The position numbers and the translations under genes were made by a program. Shown piece by piece: positions 6,779 through 15,807 of a stretch of DNA of 64,000 bases; within the stretch, counting starts at the first letter, position 1, and every line of letters starts with the position of its first letter. The notes beneath the pieces are model-generated. The model did not search any database. It was not told where the DNA came from and saw nothing but the letters and a program-made list of their open reading frames with translations. The DNA comes from an uncultured Acidimicrobiaceae bacterium (lineage in GTDB: Bacteria; Actinomycetota; Acidimicrobiia; Spongiisociales; UBA5794), in assembly GCA_964387145.1 (NCBI GenBank), contig CAYLVM010000001.1, positions 52,549-116,548 on the forward strand, given 5' to 3'.

Positions 6779-7446
6779 CAGCTTTCAGCACCTACGATCG
6801 ATCTCAGTTCCTGTACCGTGCTCAGGGGATCATCGGCTCCGAACACCGATGATCCCGCAACGAACACGTTGGCGCCTGCGGAGCGCGCCTGGCCCGCCGT
6901 CTGGAGGTTGATGCCTCCGTCGACCTGTATATCGGCGGGAAGTGCCCGCGAGTCAACGGATTCTCTCAACGACCGGATCTTTGGGAGGACGGCATCGATG
7001 AAGTGTTGACCACCAAAGCCGGGTTCGACGCTCATGACGACCACCATCGAGCAGAGATCGAGGTAAGGATCGATGGAAGCGACCGGCGTCGAAGGATTCA
7101 CGACGAGACCGAAATCGAGACCGAGATCGCCAGCCTCTATAGCGACGGGCGTAGGATCCGGTACGGCTTCGATGTGGACGGTGACACCGTCCGCACCGGC
7201 CTCTTTGAACGCACCGAGGTACCGCAGAGGGTCGGTGATCATGAGATGGCAGTCCAGGTACAGGTCTGTTGCGCCACGCAGGGAGCGGATCACCGGAGGC
7301 CCGAGCGAGATGTTCGGAACGAAGTGGCCGTCCATCACATCGACGTGGAGCATGTCGATGTCACCGGCAATCACGGCGATCGAGTCGGCGAGATAGGCGA
7401 AATCAGCTGCAAGTATGGACGGTGCGATTGCGATACGATTCGTCAT
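6778..7446 (-). CDS. rpe: Ribulose-phosphate 3-epimerase
   Basis: IAPSILAADFAYL...HVDVMDGHFVPN...VMSVEPGFGGQ. Confidence 0.95.
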   Translation of the reverse strand: MTNRIAIAPSILAADFAYLADSIAVIAGDIDMLHVDVMDGHFVPNISLGPPVIRSLRGATDLYLDCHLMITDPLRYLGAFKEAGADGVTVHIEAVPDPTPVAIEAGDLGLDFGLVVNPSTPVASIDPYLDLCSMVVVMSVEPGFGGQHFIDAVLPKIRSLRESVDSRALPADIQVDGGINLQTAGQARSAGANVFVAGSSVFGADDPLSTVQELRSIVGAES

Positions 7447-7497
7447 CGTGTGCGAGTGTATCGGGTTGCTGCGCCGCCGAGGAGGAGGAAGACGTCT

Positions 7498-8304
7498 GTG
7501 GACAGATATCGAGTAGAACCGGGTGGTCGATTCTCTTTGGCGACTGTCGATCCGAGAGATCGTTCAGCCTTCCCCGATCTGACCAAGTCGACAAGCGTTG
7601 CGGAACTCCAAGCGATGCGTAGACACCTCGCGGAACTGCAGCGGCTGTTGTGGGCGGATGCGCGTCACGCGGTTCTCGTCGTGCTCCAAGCCATGGATAC
7701 GGGGGGCAAAGACGGCACGATCCGCAAGGTGTTCAGCGGCGTGAACCCTCAAGGTATCGATGTGAGGGGTTTCGGTGTTCCCAGCGACCTCGAACGTGAC
7801 CACGACTACCTGTGGCGTGTTCACCACCAAACGCCACGCAAGGGACGCATCGGGGTCTTCAACCGCTCGCACTACGAAGACGTCCTCGTGGTGCGGGTCA
7901 ACGAGCTCGTCCCCCGGGAGCGCTGGCAGAAGCGTTACCGCCACATCAGGGAGTTCGAAGCGATGCTGGGCGATGAGGGCACCACGATCGTCAAGATCAT
8001 GCTGCACATCTCGTTGGACGAGCAGAAGAAACGTCTTCAGGCGAGGCTCGACGACCCGTCCAAGAACTACAAGTTCAATCCGTCCGATCTCGATTCGCGC
8101 GCGCGGTGGGATGACTACATGGCCGCCTACGAGGATGCTGTCAACGAGACGTCCACCGATAGTGCCCCGTGGTACGTCGTGCCCGCCGACCGCAAGTGGC
8201 ACCGAAACCTCGTCATATCTCGGATACTCATCGACACGCTCGAGTCACTCGACCTATCGTATCCGGACCCCGAGCACGACCTGTCCTCGATCGAGATCAT
8301 CTGA
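7498..8304 (+). CDS. Polyphosphate kinase 2 family protein (single PPK2 domain)
   Basis: The Walker A motif reads LQAMDTGGKDGTIRKV, followed by ...YEDVLVVRV...WYVVPADRKWHRN. The GTG start at 7498 follows GGAGGAGGA; the upstream part of the track ORF 7003.. is antisense to rpe. Confidence 0.85.
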   Translation: MDRYRVEPGGRFSLATVDPRDRSAFPDLTKSTSVAELQAMRRHLAELQRLLWADARHAVLVVLQAMDTGGKDGTIRKVFSGVNPQGIDVRGFGVPSDLERDHDYLWRVHHQTPRKGRIGVFNRSHYEDVLVVRVNELVPRERWQKRYRHIREFEAMLGDEGTTIVKIMLHISLDEQKKRLQARLDDPSKNYKFNPSDLDSRARWDDYMAAYEDAVNETSTDSAPWYVVPADRKWHRNLVISRILIDTLESLDLSYPDPEHDLSSIEII

Positions 8305-8318
8305 CGCCCCATGGGCGT

Positions 8319-9527
8319 TCAGCGGTCGAAGGTAGCGATGAACATCCCATCGGTGCCGGTCGTGTGAGGGGCCAGGAGAACGCCGTCCCCCCACGGTTCA
8401 CCGATCGCGGTCTCGGGTCTCGACGCCCCGAGGCCGGCGATGACCTCGACCGTCTCTTGCGGGAACACCGTACAGACGCTGTAGACGAGTCGACCACCCG
8501 GCCGGACGATGCGCAACGCTTCGATGAGCATCCGTCGTTGGATCTCGCCGAGCCTCGCTGAAGAACCTGGGTCGATGCGGTGTCGAATCTCTGGCCGACG
8601 ACGCAGCGTGCCGATCCCTGTGCACGGTGCGTCGAGGAGAACCCTGTCGAAGGACGCGTCTTGGAAGGGCGGAGCTGTGGCATCAGCAACGACCCATATC
8701 GTGTTGGCGAGGGTGCCTGAACGCTTGCGGGCACTGGTGAGCCGTCGCTGATGCACGTCACAGGCGACCACCAGGCCGTTCGGTTCACACCGCTCTGCGA
8801 TGATACGTGTCTTGCCCCCAGGGGCGGCTGCGAGGTCGGCAACGCGTGCACCCGTTGCCACGTCGAGGGCATCGACCACGGCGACGGAGGCTGGATCGAT
8901 GATGTCGATGGCGTTGGCAGCCGCCAGTGCACCGACCGTCGTGTCGTGTCGAACGTAGCCCGTCCCCGCAACACCTGTTGCACTACCGCGATCGAGCCCA
9001 TCACGCGATCTGATCCCCGTCAGCGGTGGCGTGTTCGAGGCGGCGATGAACGCGTCTGTTTCGTCGCCGAAGACGGAGGTAAGCCGCTCGTACAGCCACT
9101 GAGGCATCCCGGCGTACACGTCGGACGGTACCGGTTCATCCACGCGACGGGCGATGGTTCGCAGCACGCCGTTCACGAACCCTGCCGCACGATGCCTTCC
9201 AAGTTCCCTGACGGCCTCGACCGACTGGGACACCGCACTGTGCGCAGGGCGACGCAGATACCGTAGCTCGGCCGTTCCGATCCGAAGGACCGACAGCACG
9301 TCGTCTTGGATCCGGTCGATCGGTCTCGATGTCGCTCCAGTGATCGCTTCGTCGATGGATGGAAGATAGCGAAGGGTCTCGAACACGAGGCGCTGGTAGA
9401 GGCCCCTGTCGAGAGAGGGGCTGGTCTTCTGATTGGACACCACGATGTTGCTATATGCACCTTCGGCAAGGACACGATGGAGTGCCCTCGCAGCAAGAGC
9501 CCGTGTCGAGAGCCCCTCAGTCGGCAT
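8319..9527 (-). CDS. rsmB: 16S rRNA (cytosine967-C5)-methyltransferase RsmB/Sun
   Basis: An NusB-like N-terminal domain is followed by a SAM methyltransferase domain: DLAAAPGGKT...DAPCTGIGTLRRRPE...PGGRLVYSVCT. Confidence 0.9.
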   Translation of the reverse strand: MPTEGLSTRALAARALHRVLAEGAYSNIVVSNQKTSPSLDRGLYQRLVFETLRYLPSIDEAITGATSRPIDRIQDDVLSVLRIGTAELRYLRRPAHSAVSQSVEAVRELGRHRAAGFVNGVLRTIARRVDEPVPSDVYAGMPQWLYERLTSVFGDETDAFIAASNTPPLTGIRSRDGLDRGSATGVAGTGYVRHDTTVGALAAANAIDIIDPASVAVVDALDVATGARVADLAAAPGGKTRIIAERCEPNGLVVACDVHQRRLTSARKRSGTLANTIWVVADATAPPFQDASFDRVLLDAPCTGIGTLRRRPEIRHRIDPGSSARLGEIQRRMLIEALRIVRPGGRLVYSVCTVFPQETVEVIAGLGASRPETAIGEPWGDGVLLAPHTTGTDGMFIATFDR

Positions 9528-10437
9528 CTGTGCCGAACGACGTCGGCTCTCCCCGCCTGCCGTTCATCCAGGCAACCCCGCTCATCGGTCCTTTGCCCGG
9601 TGGCTGGATGGTGATGAGTTCCAGAGAGCCATTCGAGAAACCTGCGACGACGGAGTCATCGATGAGTTCGACACGGCCGGGCACGACCGAAGGTGAAGCT
9701 ACGCGTGCGCGATGCACCCTGAGATGCCCCTCTTCGATGCGTATCCAGGCACCCGGCCTCGGGGAGAATGCGCGGACTGCACGATCGGCGGTGGTCGACG
9801 TCATGTCCTGGCTGAGGCGTGCATCCTCCTTCGTCAACTTCCTGGCGTGCGTTCCTCCGCTTGCCAGCTGGGGAACAGGCCGGCGACGTCCGTTGAGGTA
9901 GTCCGGCAACGTGGAGTCGACCAGTGAAGCTCCGAGGTGAGACAGTCGCGCTGTCAGTGTGCCTCCGGTCTCGTTCGGTCCGATCGGTGTCGCGATCTCA
10001 CCCAGGATGGGGCCCGTGTCGAGACCGTCGTCGATCTTCATCAAGGTGACTCCGGTCATTTCATCACCGTACGCGATCGCCCGTTCCACGGGTGCTGCTC
10101 CTCGCCACCGAGGGAGCAGAGAGAAGTGAACGTTCAGGAACCCGTATGGCAAGAGCGCCAACATGGCAGGTGTGAGGATTCGTCCAAACGCCACGACGAG
10201 GCCGATCGACGGGCGGACACTCGCCAACACGTCGAAGAGTTCTTCACTATCGCCGGGCTGTGCAACGGTCAGGCCGAACTGCTCGGCCGCCACTTTCACC
10301 GGAGGTGACACTTTCGTCGAACCACGGCCTGCTCGACGGTCTGGCTGAGTGATCACGAGGTCGACGTCCTCGACGTCACAGAAGGCAGCCAGACTCGGTA
10401 CCGCCGCTGCAGGAGACCCGAGGAATACGCCTGCCAT
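9517..10437 (-). CDS. fmt: Methionyl-tRNA formyltransferase
   Basis: MAGVFLGSPAAAVPSL...NVHFSLLPRWRGAAPVERAI. The start at 10437 forms an ATGA overlap with the def stop. Confidence 0.9.
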   Translation of the reverse strand: MAGVFLGSPAAAVPSLAAFCDVEDVDLVITQPDRRAGRGSTKVSPPVKVAAEQFGLTVAQPGDSEELFDVLASVRPSIGLVVAFGRILTPAMLALLPYGFLNVHFSLLPRWRGAAPVERAIAYGDEMTGVTLMKIDDGLDTGPILGEIATPIGPNETGGTLTARLSHLGASLVDSTLPDYLNGRRRPVPQLASGGTHARKLTKEDARLSQDMTSTTADRAVRAFSPRPGAWIRIEEGHLRVHRARVASPSVVPGRVELIDDSVVAGFSNGSLELITIQPPGKGPMSGVAWMNGRRGEPTSFGTDAD

Positions 10438-10940
10438 CAGAACGCCTGTCCGATTCCGAGTGATTCCTCCCGGAGTTCCTTGAGCGCCTGCTTCTTGACT
10501 CGTTGACCGAGCCGCGAGAGCAGAAGCATGCCGTCGAGATGGTCGATCTCGTGCTGGAGTACCCGCCCCATGAGCTCGTCCCCATCGTATGCAACCGGAC
10601 GGCCCGCTGCGTCGACCCCTTCCACCACGACGTAGTCGAATCGCTTGATCGTCCAGTACTTGCCAGGAACCGACAGGCACCCCTCTTCGAACTTCCACTT
10701 CCCTTCGGTGTCGACGATCGAAGGGTTGACCATGACGAACGGGCCTTCGCCGACGTCCGCCACGAACAGGCGCTTCGAGACGCCGATCTGGGGCGCAGCG
10801 AGCCCAACGCCTGGAGCGTCGTACATCGTATCGAGCATGTCGTCGACCAGACGGGCGAGGTCGTCGTCGAACACCGTGACCGCCGATGTGGTCATGCTCA
10901 GCACGGGGTCGGGAAAGGTCCGTATGGGGTAGATCGCCAT
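10437..10940 (-). CDS. def: Peptide deformylase
   Basis: GVGLAAPQIG...EGCLSVPG...QHEIDHLDG (motifs 1-3). Confidence 0.93.
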   Translation of the reverse strand: MAIYPIRTFPDPVLSMTTSAVTVFDDDLARLVDDMLDTMYDAPGVGLAAPQIGVSKRLFVADVGEGPFVMVNPSIVDTEGKWKFEEGCLSVPGKYWTIKRFDYVVVEGVDAAGRPVAYDGDELMGRVLQHEIDHLDGMLLLSRLGQRVKKQALKELREESLGIGQAF

Positions 10941-10988
10941 CGGTAGGAGGCTACCTGGGTGCAAGGTCATGTGTCGGTGAATCCTGGC

Positions 10989-12635
10989 TCACAGATCGAT
11001 CGGGTCGGCATCGACCCTGACCCGGGCGCCGCGATCCCTCAGCGATCCGACGAGATGCCGCAGACGGATCCGTGCCTCGCCCAGGTCACGCCCCTGGATG
11101 AGCCATCGAACTCGATCTCCGAGCACCGCGGGGCCGAGAACAGTGGCGACCCGTCCGATGGTCTCGGCGACCTCCACTCGCGCATCGATCGTCGTGTCGA
11201 CTTCCAGAGCGATCAGCTGCCCGAACGGGGGGAACCCGGAACGCCGACGCACACTCAGCAACTCCGCGAGGAACGTTTCGGGGTTTCCCGAGCGAAGTGC
11301 AGCGAGAACCGGCTGGTCGGGTATCGCTGTTTGCACGAGCAGACGGTTTCCGCTGCCCCGACGGACCAGATGGGCCACACGCACGTGCAGCCGCAGAGCA
11401 TCCTCGGCCGCCCTGTAGTTCGGTGCGTGAGCGAGACCGTCGATATCCACCGAGACCGCCAAATCGACGGCCGGGTGACCGATGATGTCTCTTTCCGAGC
11501 CAACCGTGATCGCTCTGTCATCGTCGCGGACGCCGACGTCGTTCCCGACGGATCGCGCGATGGCGTCACGGACGGATCCGATTCCGGCACCCAGTGCGTC
11601 GAATCGTTCTCCGCCGCAGTGACCGCATCCCTCCGGAACCGCTCCGCAGCGCCGACACTCTCCCCTGCGTGTGATCGCTGCGGCGCACGCGATACATCGA
11701 CGCATTTCTCCACACTTGATGCATCTGAATGCAGGCGCGTAGCCACGCACGGGGACGAGAACGAACGCTGTGCCCCCTCGCTTGAGGTTCGTGACGATCG
11801 CTGTGCGTGTCCGATCCAGGAGCACCGAACGCGACGGAGGCTCTTCTCGTCGGTCTGCAACCTCGACGAGCGGCCAGTTCCTTCCCTTCGTCTCGACGAC
11901 GTGCGCGCCGAGTTGCAACGTTTCGAGGCTCGGCACGGGAGTCAGGAATGTCACATCTGCACCTTCGACGCCTGCGCGGTGCACGATCACTTCTCGTACC
12001 CCGAGTGTTGGAGTTGCAGGGGACTTCATGACGCGGCGTGCATCCTCGACCACGACGATCGTCCCGAGGCGTTGGACCGGCCACAGCATGATCTCACGCG
12101 TACCGATGAGCACGGTCGGCGACTCGGTCGCCGCCCTGACCCACGCTGCGGTAGCGGATTTGGCTTGCGTTCCCGACGTTGCCATCACGACGACGACGTC
12201 CGGGGCCGTCGCCAGATCAGCAGCGAGACGTTCGACTTCGGCGATCGTGGGAGCTACGACCATGACGCTGTCCCTCACGCCTATGGAGGCTGCAACGATG
12301 GCTCGGACATGGGCGACGTGGTCACCTGCGCCCGAGACGATCACCGAGAAGGATGGCTTCTTTCGCCCGTGCGCTCGCTGTGGCTTCACAGCTCCCCGTG
12401 CAACGTTGGGTGGCATCGTGCGTTTCAGGATCACCGAAAGTGGGCTGACGTAGTGTGATGCCGCCCAACGCAGGGTTTCGAGGCCGATCTCATCGAATCC
12501 CGGAATCGTCCCGGAGAGCCCGTCGAGCGGGAGCAGCCTGCGGTCGGGCGGCGCGTCGAGCAGCGCCGTGACGAAGCCTTTGAGTCTTCGACCAGAAACC
12601 CGGATACGTACCCGTGATCCAACGGTGATGTCCAT
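10989..12635 (-). CDS. priA: Primosomal protein N' (PriA-like) with degenerate helicase motifs
   Basis: A Cys-rich zinc region CIKCGEMRRCIACAAAITRRGECRRCG...CGHCGG is present. Walker A is degenerate (VIVSGAGDHVAHV instead of GxGKT) and motif II reads VVVEDARR instead of DEEH. Synteny coaBC-priA-def-fmt matches mycobacteria. Confidence 0.8.
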   Translation of the reverse strand: MDITVGSRVRIRVSGRRLKGFVTALLDAPPDRRLLPLDGLSGTIPGFDEIGLETLRWAASHYVSPLSVILKRTMPPNVARGAVKPQRAHGRKKPSFSVIVSGAGDHVAHVRAIVAASIGVRDSVMVVAPTIAEVERLAADLATAPDVVVVMATSGTQAKSATAAWVRAATESPTVLIGTREIMLWPVQRLGTIVVVEDARRVMKSPATPTLGVREVIVHRAGVEGADVTFLTPVPSLETLQLGAHVVETKGRNWPLVEVADRREEPPSRSVLLDRTRTAIVTNLKRGGTAFVLVPVRGYAPAFRCIKCGEMRRCIACAAAITRRGECRRCGAVPEGCGHCGGERFDALGAGIGSVRDAIARSVGNDVGVRDDDRAITVGSERDIIGHPAVDLAVSVDIDGLAHAPNYRAAEDALRLHVRVAHLVRRGSGNRLLVQTAIPDQPVLAALRSGNPETFLAELLSVRRRSGFPPFGQLIALEVDTTIDARVEVAETIGRVATVLGPAVLGDRVRWLIQGRDLGEARIRLRHLVGSLRDRGARVRVDADPIDL

Positions 12636-12718
12636 GCCGTCGGGTATCAGATACGTGAATCCGTCGTCGACGGCGAACGACGGGATGTCGGGGACGACCT
12701 GGCAGGCCCGTACGGTGC

Positions 12719-13906
12719 TCAGCCGCGGCTCCGCTGCTCGAGCACGGCATCCCAGATAGCATCCGCGACGTCCTCTTTCGACATCAATGCCAGTGCGGTC
12801 GATTCGCCTCCCGGCCCGATGAGCGTGACCTCGTTCGTGTCCGTACCGAAGCCCGATCCAGGGCTGCTCACGTCGTTGGCAACCATGAGATCGACCCCTT
12901 TGCGTACCGCCTTGTCGAGGGCGGCGTCGGTGGAACCGACCTCGGCGGCGAAGCCGACGAGGAAGGGACGGGGTTCAAGCGCTCCGACTCCTGCCAGGAC
13001 GTCTGGAGTCGGCTCGAGCTCGATAGCGGGCACACCGTCGGCGCGTCGGATCTTGACGTCGGACAATGTCGCCGGACGGAAGTCTGCAACCGCTGCCGCC
13101 ATGACGGCGATCTGACATCCAACGACTCGATCCCACACGACTTCGGCCATCTCGGTTGCGGTCTCGACGGTGATGATCTCGATGTTCGTCCCGTGCGGTC
13201 TCGATTCGGCAGCGGTAACCAATATCACATGAGCTCCACGGGCCGACGCTCGGGCTGCAAGGGCGTTGCCCATCTTCCCGCTGGAACGGTTGCCGATGTA
13301 GCGAACCGGGTCGATGGGCTCACGTGTCCCTCCGGCCGTCACCAGGACTGTCATCCCCGTCATGTCTCCGGGTACGAAGACCGCGGAGAGCACAGACACG
13401 ATGTCGTCGGGCTCTGCAAGCCTGCCGATGCCGATGTCGCCCCCGGCGAGGGCACCTACCTGGGGTTCAACGATGTGGTATCCGAAGCCTTCGAGCCGCG
13501 CGACGTTGTCCCGTGTTGCGGGATGCTCCCACATCTCGGCGTGCATCGCGGGGGCAACGACGACCGGTACCCCGGATGCGAGCACGGTGGCGGTCAAAGC
13601 GTTCGAGGACTGTCCCGCCGCGATCTTTGAGATCGTCGAGGCGGTTGCGGGGGCGATGACGACGGCGTCTGCCCACGCAGCGAGTTCAGTGTGTGGAGAT
13701 ACTCCAGGTCCTGTGAACAGATCGGTGACTGGTTCACTCCCGGTGATCGCGGCCAGGGTCGCTTCACCGATGAAGTTGGACGCTGCCGATGTCATGACGG
13801 TGCGTACCTCGGCACCCTGTTCCATCATGCGTCTGGCGAGATAGACCGCCTTGTAGGCTGCGACACCGCCGGTGATGCCGAGGACCACATGGCGCCCGGC
13901 GAGCAT
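12719..13906 (-). CDS. coaBC: Bifunctional phosphopantothenoylcysteine decarboxylase / phosphopantothenate-cysteine ligase
   Basis: The N-terminal flavoprotein part reads HVVLGITGGVAAYKA and the C-terminal CoaB part reads VTAGGTREPIDPVRYIGNRSSGKMG. Confidence 0.95.
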   Translation of the reverse strand: MLAGRHVVLGITGGVAAYKAVYLARRMMEQGAEVRTVMTSAASNFIGEATLAAITGSEPVTDLFTGPGVSPHTELAAWADAVVIAPATASTISKIAAGQSSNALTATVLASGVPVVVAPAMHAEMWEHPATRDNVARLEGFGYHIVEPQVGALAGGDIGIGRLAEPDDIVSVLSAVFVPGDMTGMTVLVTAGGTREPIDPVRYIGNRSSGKMGNALAARASARGAHVILVTAAESRPHGTNIEIITVETATEMAEVVWDRVVGCQIAVMAAAVADFRPATLSDVKIRRADGVPAIELEPTPDVLAGVGALEPRPFLVGFAAEVGSTDAALDKAVRKGVDLMVANDVSSPGSGFGTDTNEVTLIGPGGESTALALMSKEDVADAIWDAVLEQRSRG

Positions 13907-13908
13907 GG

Positions 13909-14142
13909 CTACTCCTCGACCGGAGCGATGACGACCTTGTCCTCGTAAATCTCTTCGAGGGCGATCGACAGGGGTTTGCGCGACATGGAGTGGACCTGTG
14001 GTGGCACGTAGCCACCGATACCAGCGCCGAGTTCGTTGAAGTAGGCGTTGATCTGGCGGGCCCTGCGTGATGAGAGCACGACGAGCCCGAAACGGGTGCC
14101 GGTCTTTGCAACGACGGCGCCGATGGGTGGTTCGATCATCAT
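13909..14142 (-). CDS. rpoZ: DNA-directed RNA polymerase subunit omega
   Basis: MMIEPPIGAVVAKTGTRFGLVVLSSRRARQIN. The start is probably the internal Met; the track ORF begins at 14184. Confidence 0.85.
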   Translation of the reverse strand: MMIEPPIGAVVAKTGTRFGLVVLSSRRARQINAYFNELGAGIGGYVPPQVHSMSRKPLSIALEEIYEDKVVIAPVEE

Positions 14143-14183
14143 GATGTGAGTACTCCTCATGCTGGGTCTGTGCCCGCGCGGCA

Positions 14184-14768
14184 CTACAGGTTGGACGCGG
14201 TGCGATCCTGCCCGTTCAGTATATCGAGGACGCGGGCGATAGCTTCGTCGAGTCGATCGTTCTCGACGATCTCGTCGTATACGTGCGGGGCCTCTTCTAT
14301 CTGGCTCGCAGCAACACTCAGGCGACGTTGCACGTCACTCTGGGAGGTGTCACCCCGACCGTAGAGGCGCCGGGCGAGTTCATCGAGGGATGGAGGGCTG
14401 ATGAAGACGAGGAGCGCATCGGGGTACGCCCTTCGTACCTGCTTGGCACCTTCGTTCTCGATGTCGAGGATCACGTTGATGCCTCGATCGAGGATCGGGA
14501 CGACCTCGTCGCGCATGGTCCCGTACAGGTGACCTCCATACTTTGCCCACTCGAGCACCTTGTCCTCGTCGATCGCCCTCTCGAACTCCTCGATCGTGAC
14601 GAAGTGGTAGTCGACACCGTCGAGTTCTCCCTCACGGGGTTGACGGGTCGTTGCAGACACAGAGAACCGGGTGTCGGTTCGATCCAGGACGGCGGCGAGA
14701 ATCGTGGACTTTCCGACCCCCGATGGTCCGGAGATGACGACGAGTTGGCCTCTACGAGAAGCGGTCAA
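14184..14768 (-). CDS. gmk: Guanylate kinase
   Basis: LVVISGPSGVGKST...ATTRQPREGE...GINVILDIE. The probable start is TTG at 14768, which overlaps the mihF stop; the track ORF is N-terminally over-extended. Confidence 0.85.
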   Translation of the reverse strand: MTASRRGQLVVISGPSGVGKSTILAAVLDRTDTRFSVSATTRQPREGELDGVDYHFVTIEEFERAIDEDKVLEWAKYGGHLYGTMRDEVVPILDRGINVILDIENEGAKQVRRAYPDALLVFISPPSLDELARRLYGRGDTSQSDVQRRLSVAASQIEEAPHVYDEIVENDRLDEAIARVLDILNGQDRTASNL

Positions 14769-15060
14769 GGAGCTTTGCTCGCTGGTTCGGTCCGAGGCCT
14801 CTGAGAGTCCGGTTGTCCGCGATGCCGATCTCTTCGAGCAGTCGCTTCGTCGAGACCTTTCCCATGCCAGGCATCGAGACGACGATCGCCTGAATCTTGG
14901 TTCCCGCAACGAGGTCGTTCTCCTCCGCTCGCGTGAGGACATCGGAGAACGTGAGGCTGCCCGTCTTGAGCAACTGCTTGATCTCGGCGCGCACCCTGCG
15001 GGCCTCTCCTGCCCGTTCGAGGGCCGCGGCCCTCTGTTCATCGCTCATCTCGGGAAGCAT
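14752..15060 (-). CDS. mihF: Integration host factor MihF (actinobacterial IHF)
   Basis: [31 protein letters not shown]... closely matches Mtb MihF, with a helix-hairpin-helix at the C-terminus. Confidence 0.85.
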   Translation of the reverse strand: MLPEMSDEQRAAALERAGEARRVRAEIKQLLKTGSLTFSDVLTRAEENDLVAGTKIQAIVVSMPGMGKVSTKRLLEEIGIADNRTLRGLGPNQRAKLLDRFS

Positions 15061-15102
15061 GTGGCGTCCTTTCTCCTGGGGAATCGTATCAAGGTTGGAC
15101 AC

Positions 15103-15807
15103 TCACGATGCAATACCGGCGAGAATGTCCCTGGCAGCTTCAGCGGGATCGCCGGCCCGGGTGATCGGACGTCCTATGACGAGGTACGTTGCTCCCCGCT
15201 CTACCGCATCGTTCGGCCCGGCGACCCGAGCCTGGTCATCGTCGGTTGTCACGGTTCGGATTCCCGGCGTGACACGGATCAAGTCGGGTGCCACCTGGCG
15301 CACCACGTTGAGCTCGAGCGGTGAACACACGAGCCCTTCGCATCCCGCGGCCGCCGCGACGGTTGCCATCTTGCTCACGAGCTGGCCTGGAGTGCGTTGG
15401 ATACCGAGGCGTTCGAGATCGGATGAATCGAGAGAGGTCAGCACGGAGACTCCAAGCACTCCCGCCGCAGCGTTGCCTGCACCTCGTCTGAGTCCCCTGA
15501 CCGCAGCTTCGAGCATGGTCTGTCCTCCCCCGACGTGTGCAGTGATCCAGCGTGCCCCGTGTCTGGCAAGACGCTCCGCTGCGGCTTCGACCTGTGATGG
15601 GATGTCGTGGAGTTTCGCATCTGCGAACACCGGAAGATCGAGACGCACGAGCGCATCGATCGTTCCAGGGCCAGGTCCGTGAAGGAGGCCGAGACCGATC
15701 TTGACCCCCGCGACGTAGGGTGCGACGCGTTGAGCGATCTCGACTGCAGCCTCGGCGGTGGGAAGGTCGAGTGCAACGATGATGGGGCTGTCTGTTCTCG
15801 CTACCAC
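15103..15807 (-). CDS. pyrF: Orotidine 5'-phosphate decarboxylase
   Basis: IIVALDLP...GVKIGLGLL...DAKLHDIP. Confidence 0.92.
   Translation of the reverse strand: MVARTDSPIIVALDLPTAEAAVEIAQRVAPYVAGVKIGLGLLHGPGPGTIDALVRLDLPVFADAKLHDIPSQVEAAAERLARHGARWITAHVGGGQTMLEAAVRGLRRGAGNAAAGVLGVSVLTSLDSSDLERLGIQRTPGQLVSKMATVAAAAGCEGLVCSPLELNVVRQVAPDLIRVTPGIRTVTTDDDQARVAGPNDAVERGATYLVIGRPITRAGDPAEAARDILAGIAS

Noticed and set aside
5606-7009. 467-aa plus-strand ORF
   Set aside because: It is antisense to the E3 element, the REC-GGDEF gene and rpe, and has no recognisable domain.
7003-7497. N-terminal 165 aa of the 433-aa track ORF containing PPK2
   Set aside because: This part is antisense to rpe. PPK2 homology and a GTG start with a strong SD begin at 7498.
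10959-12458. 499-aa plus-strand ORF
   Set aside because: It is antisense to priA and has low-complexity composition.
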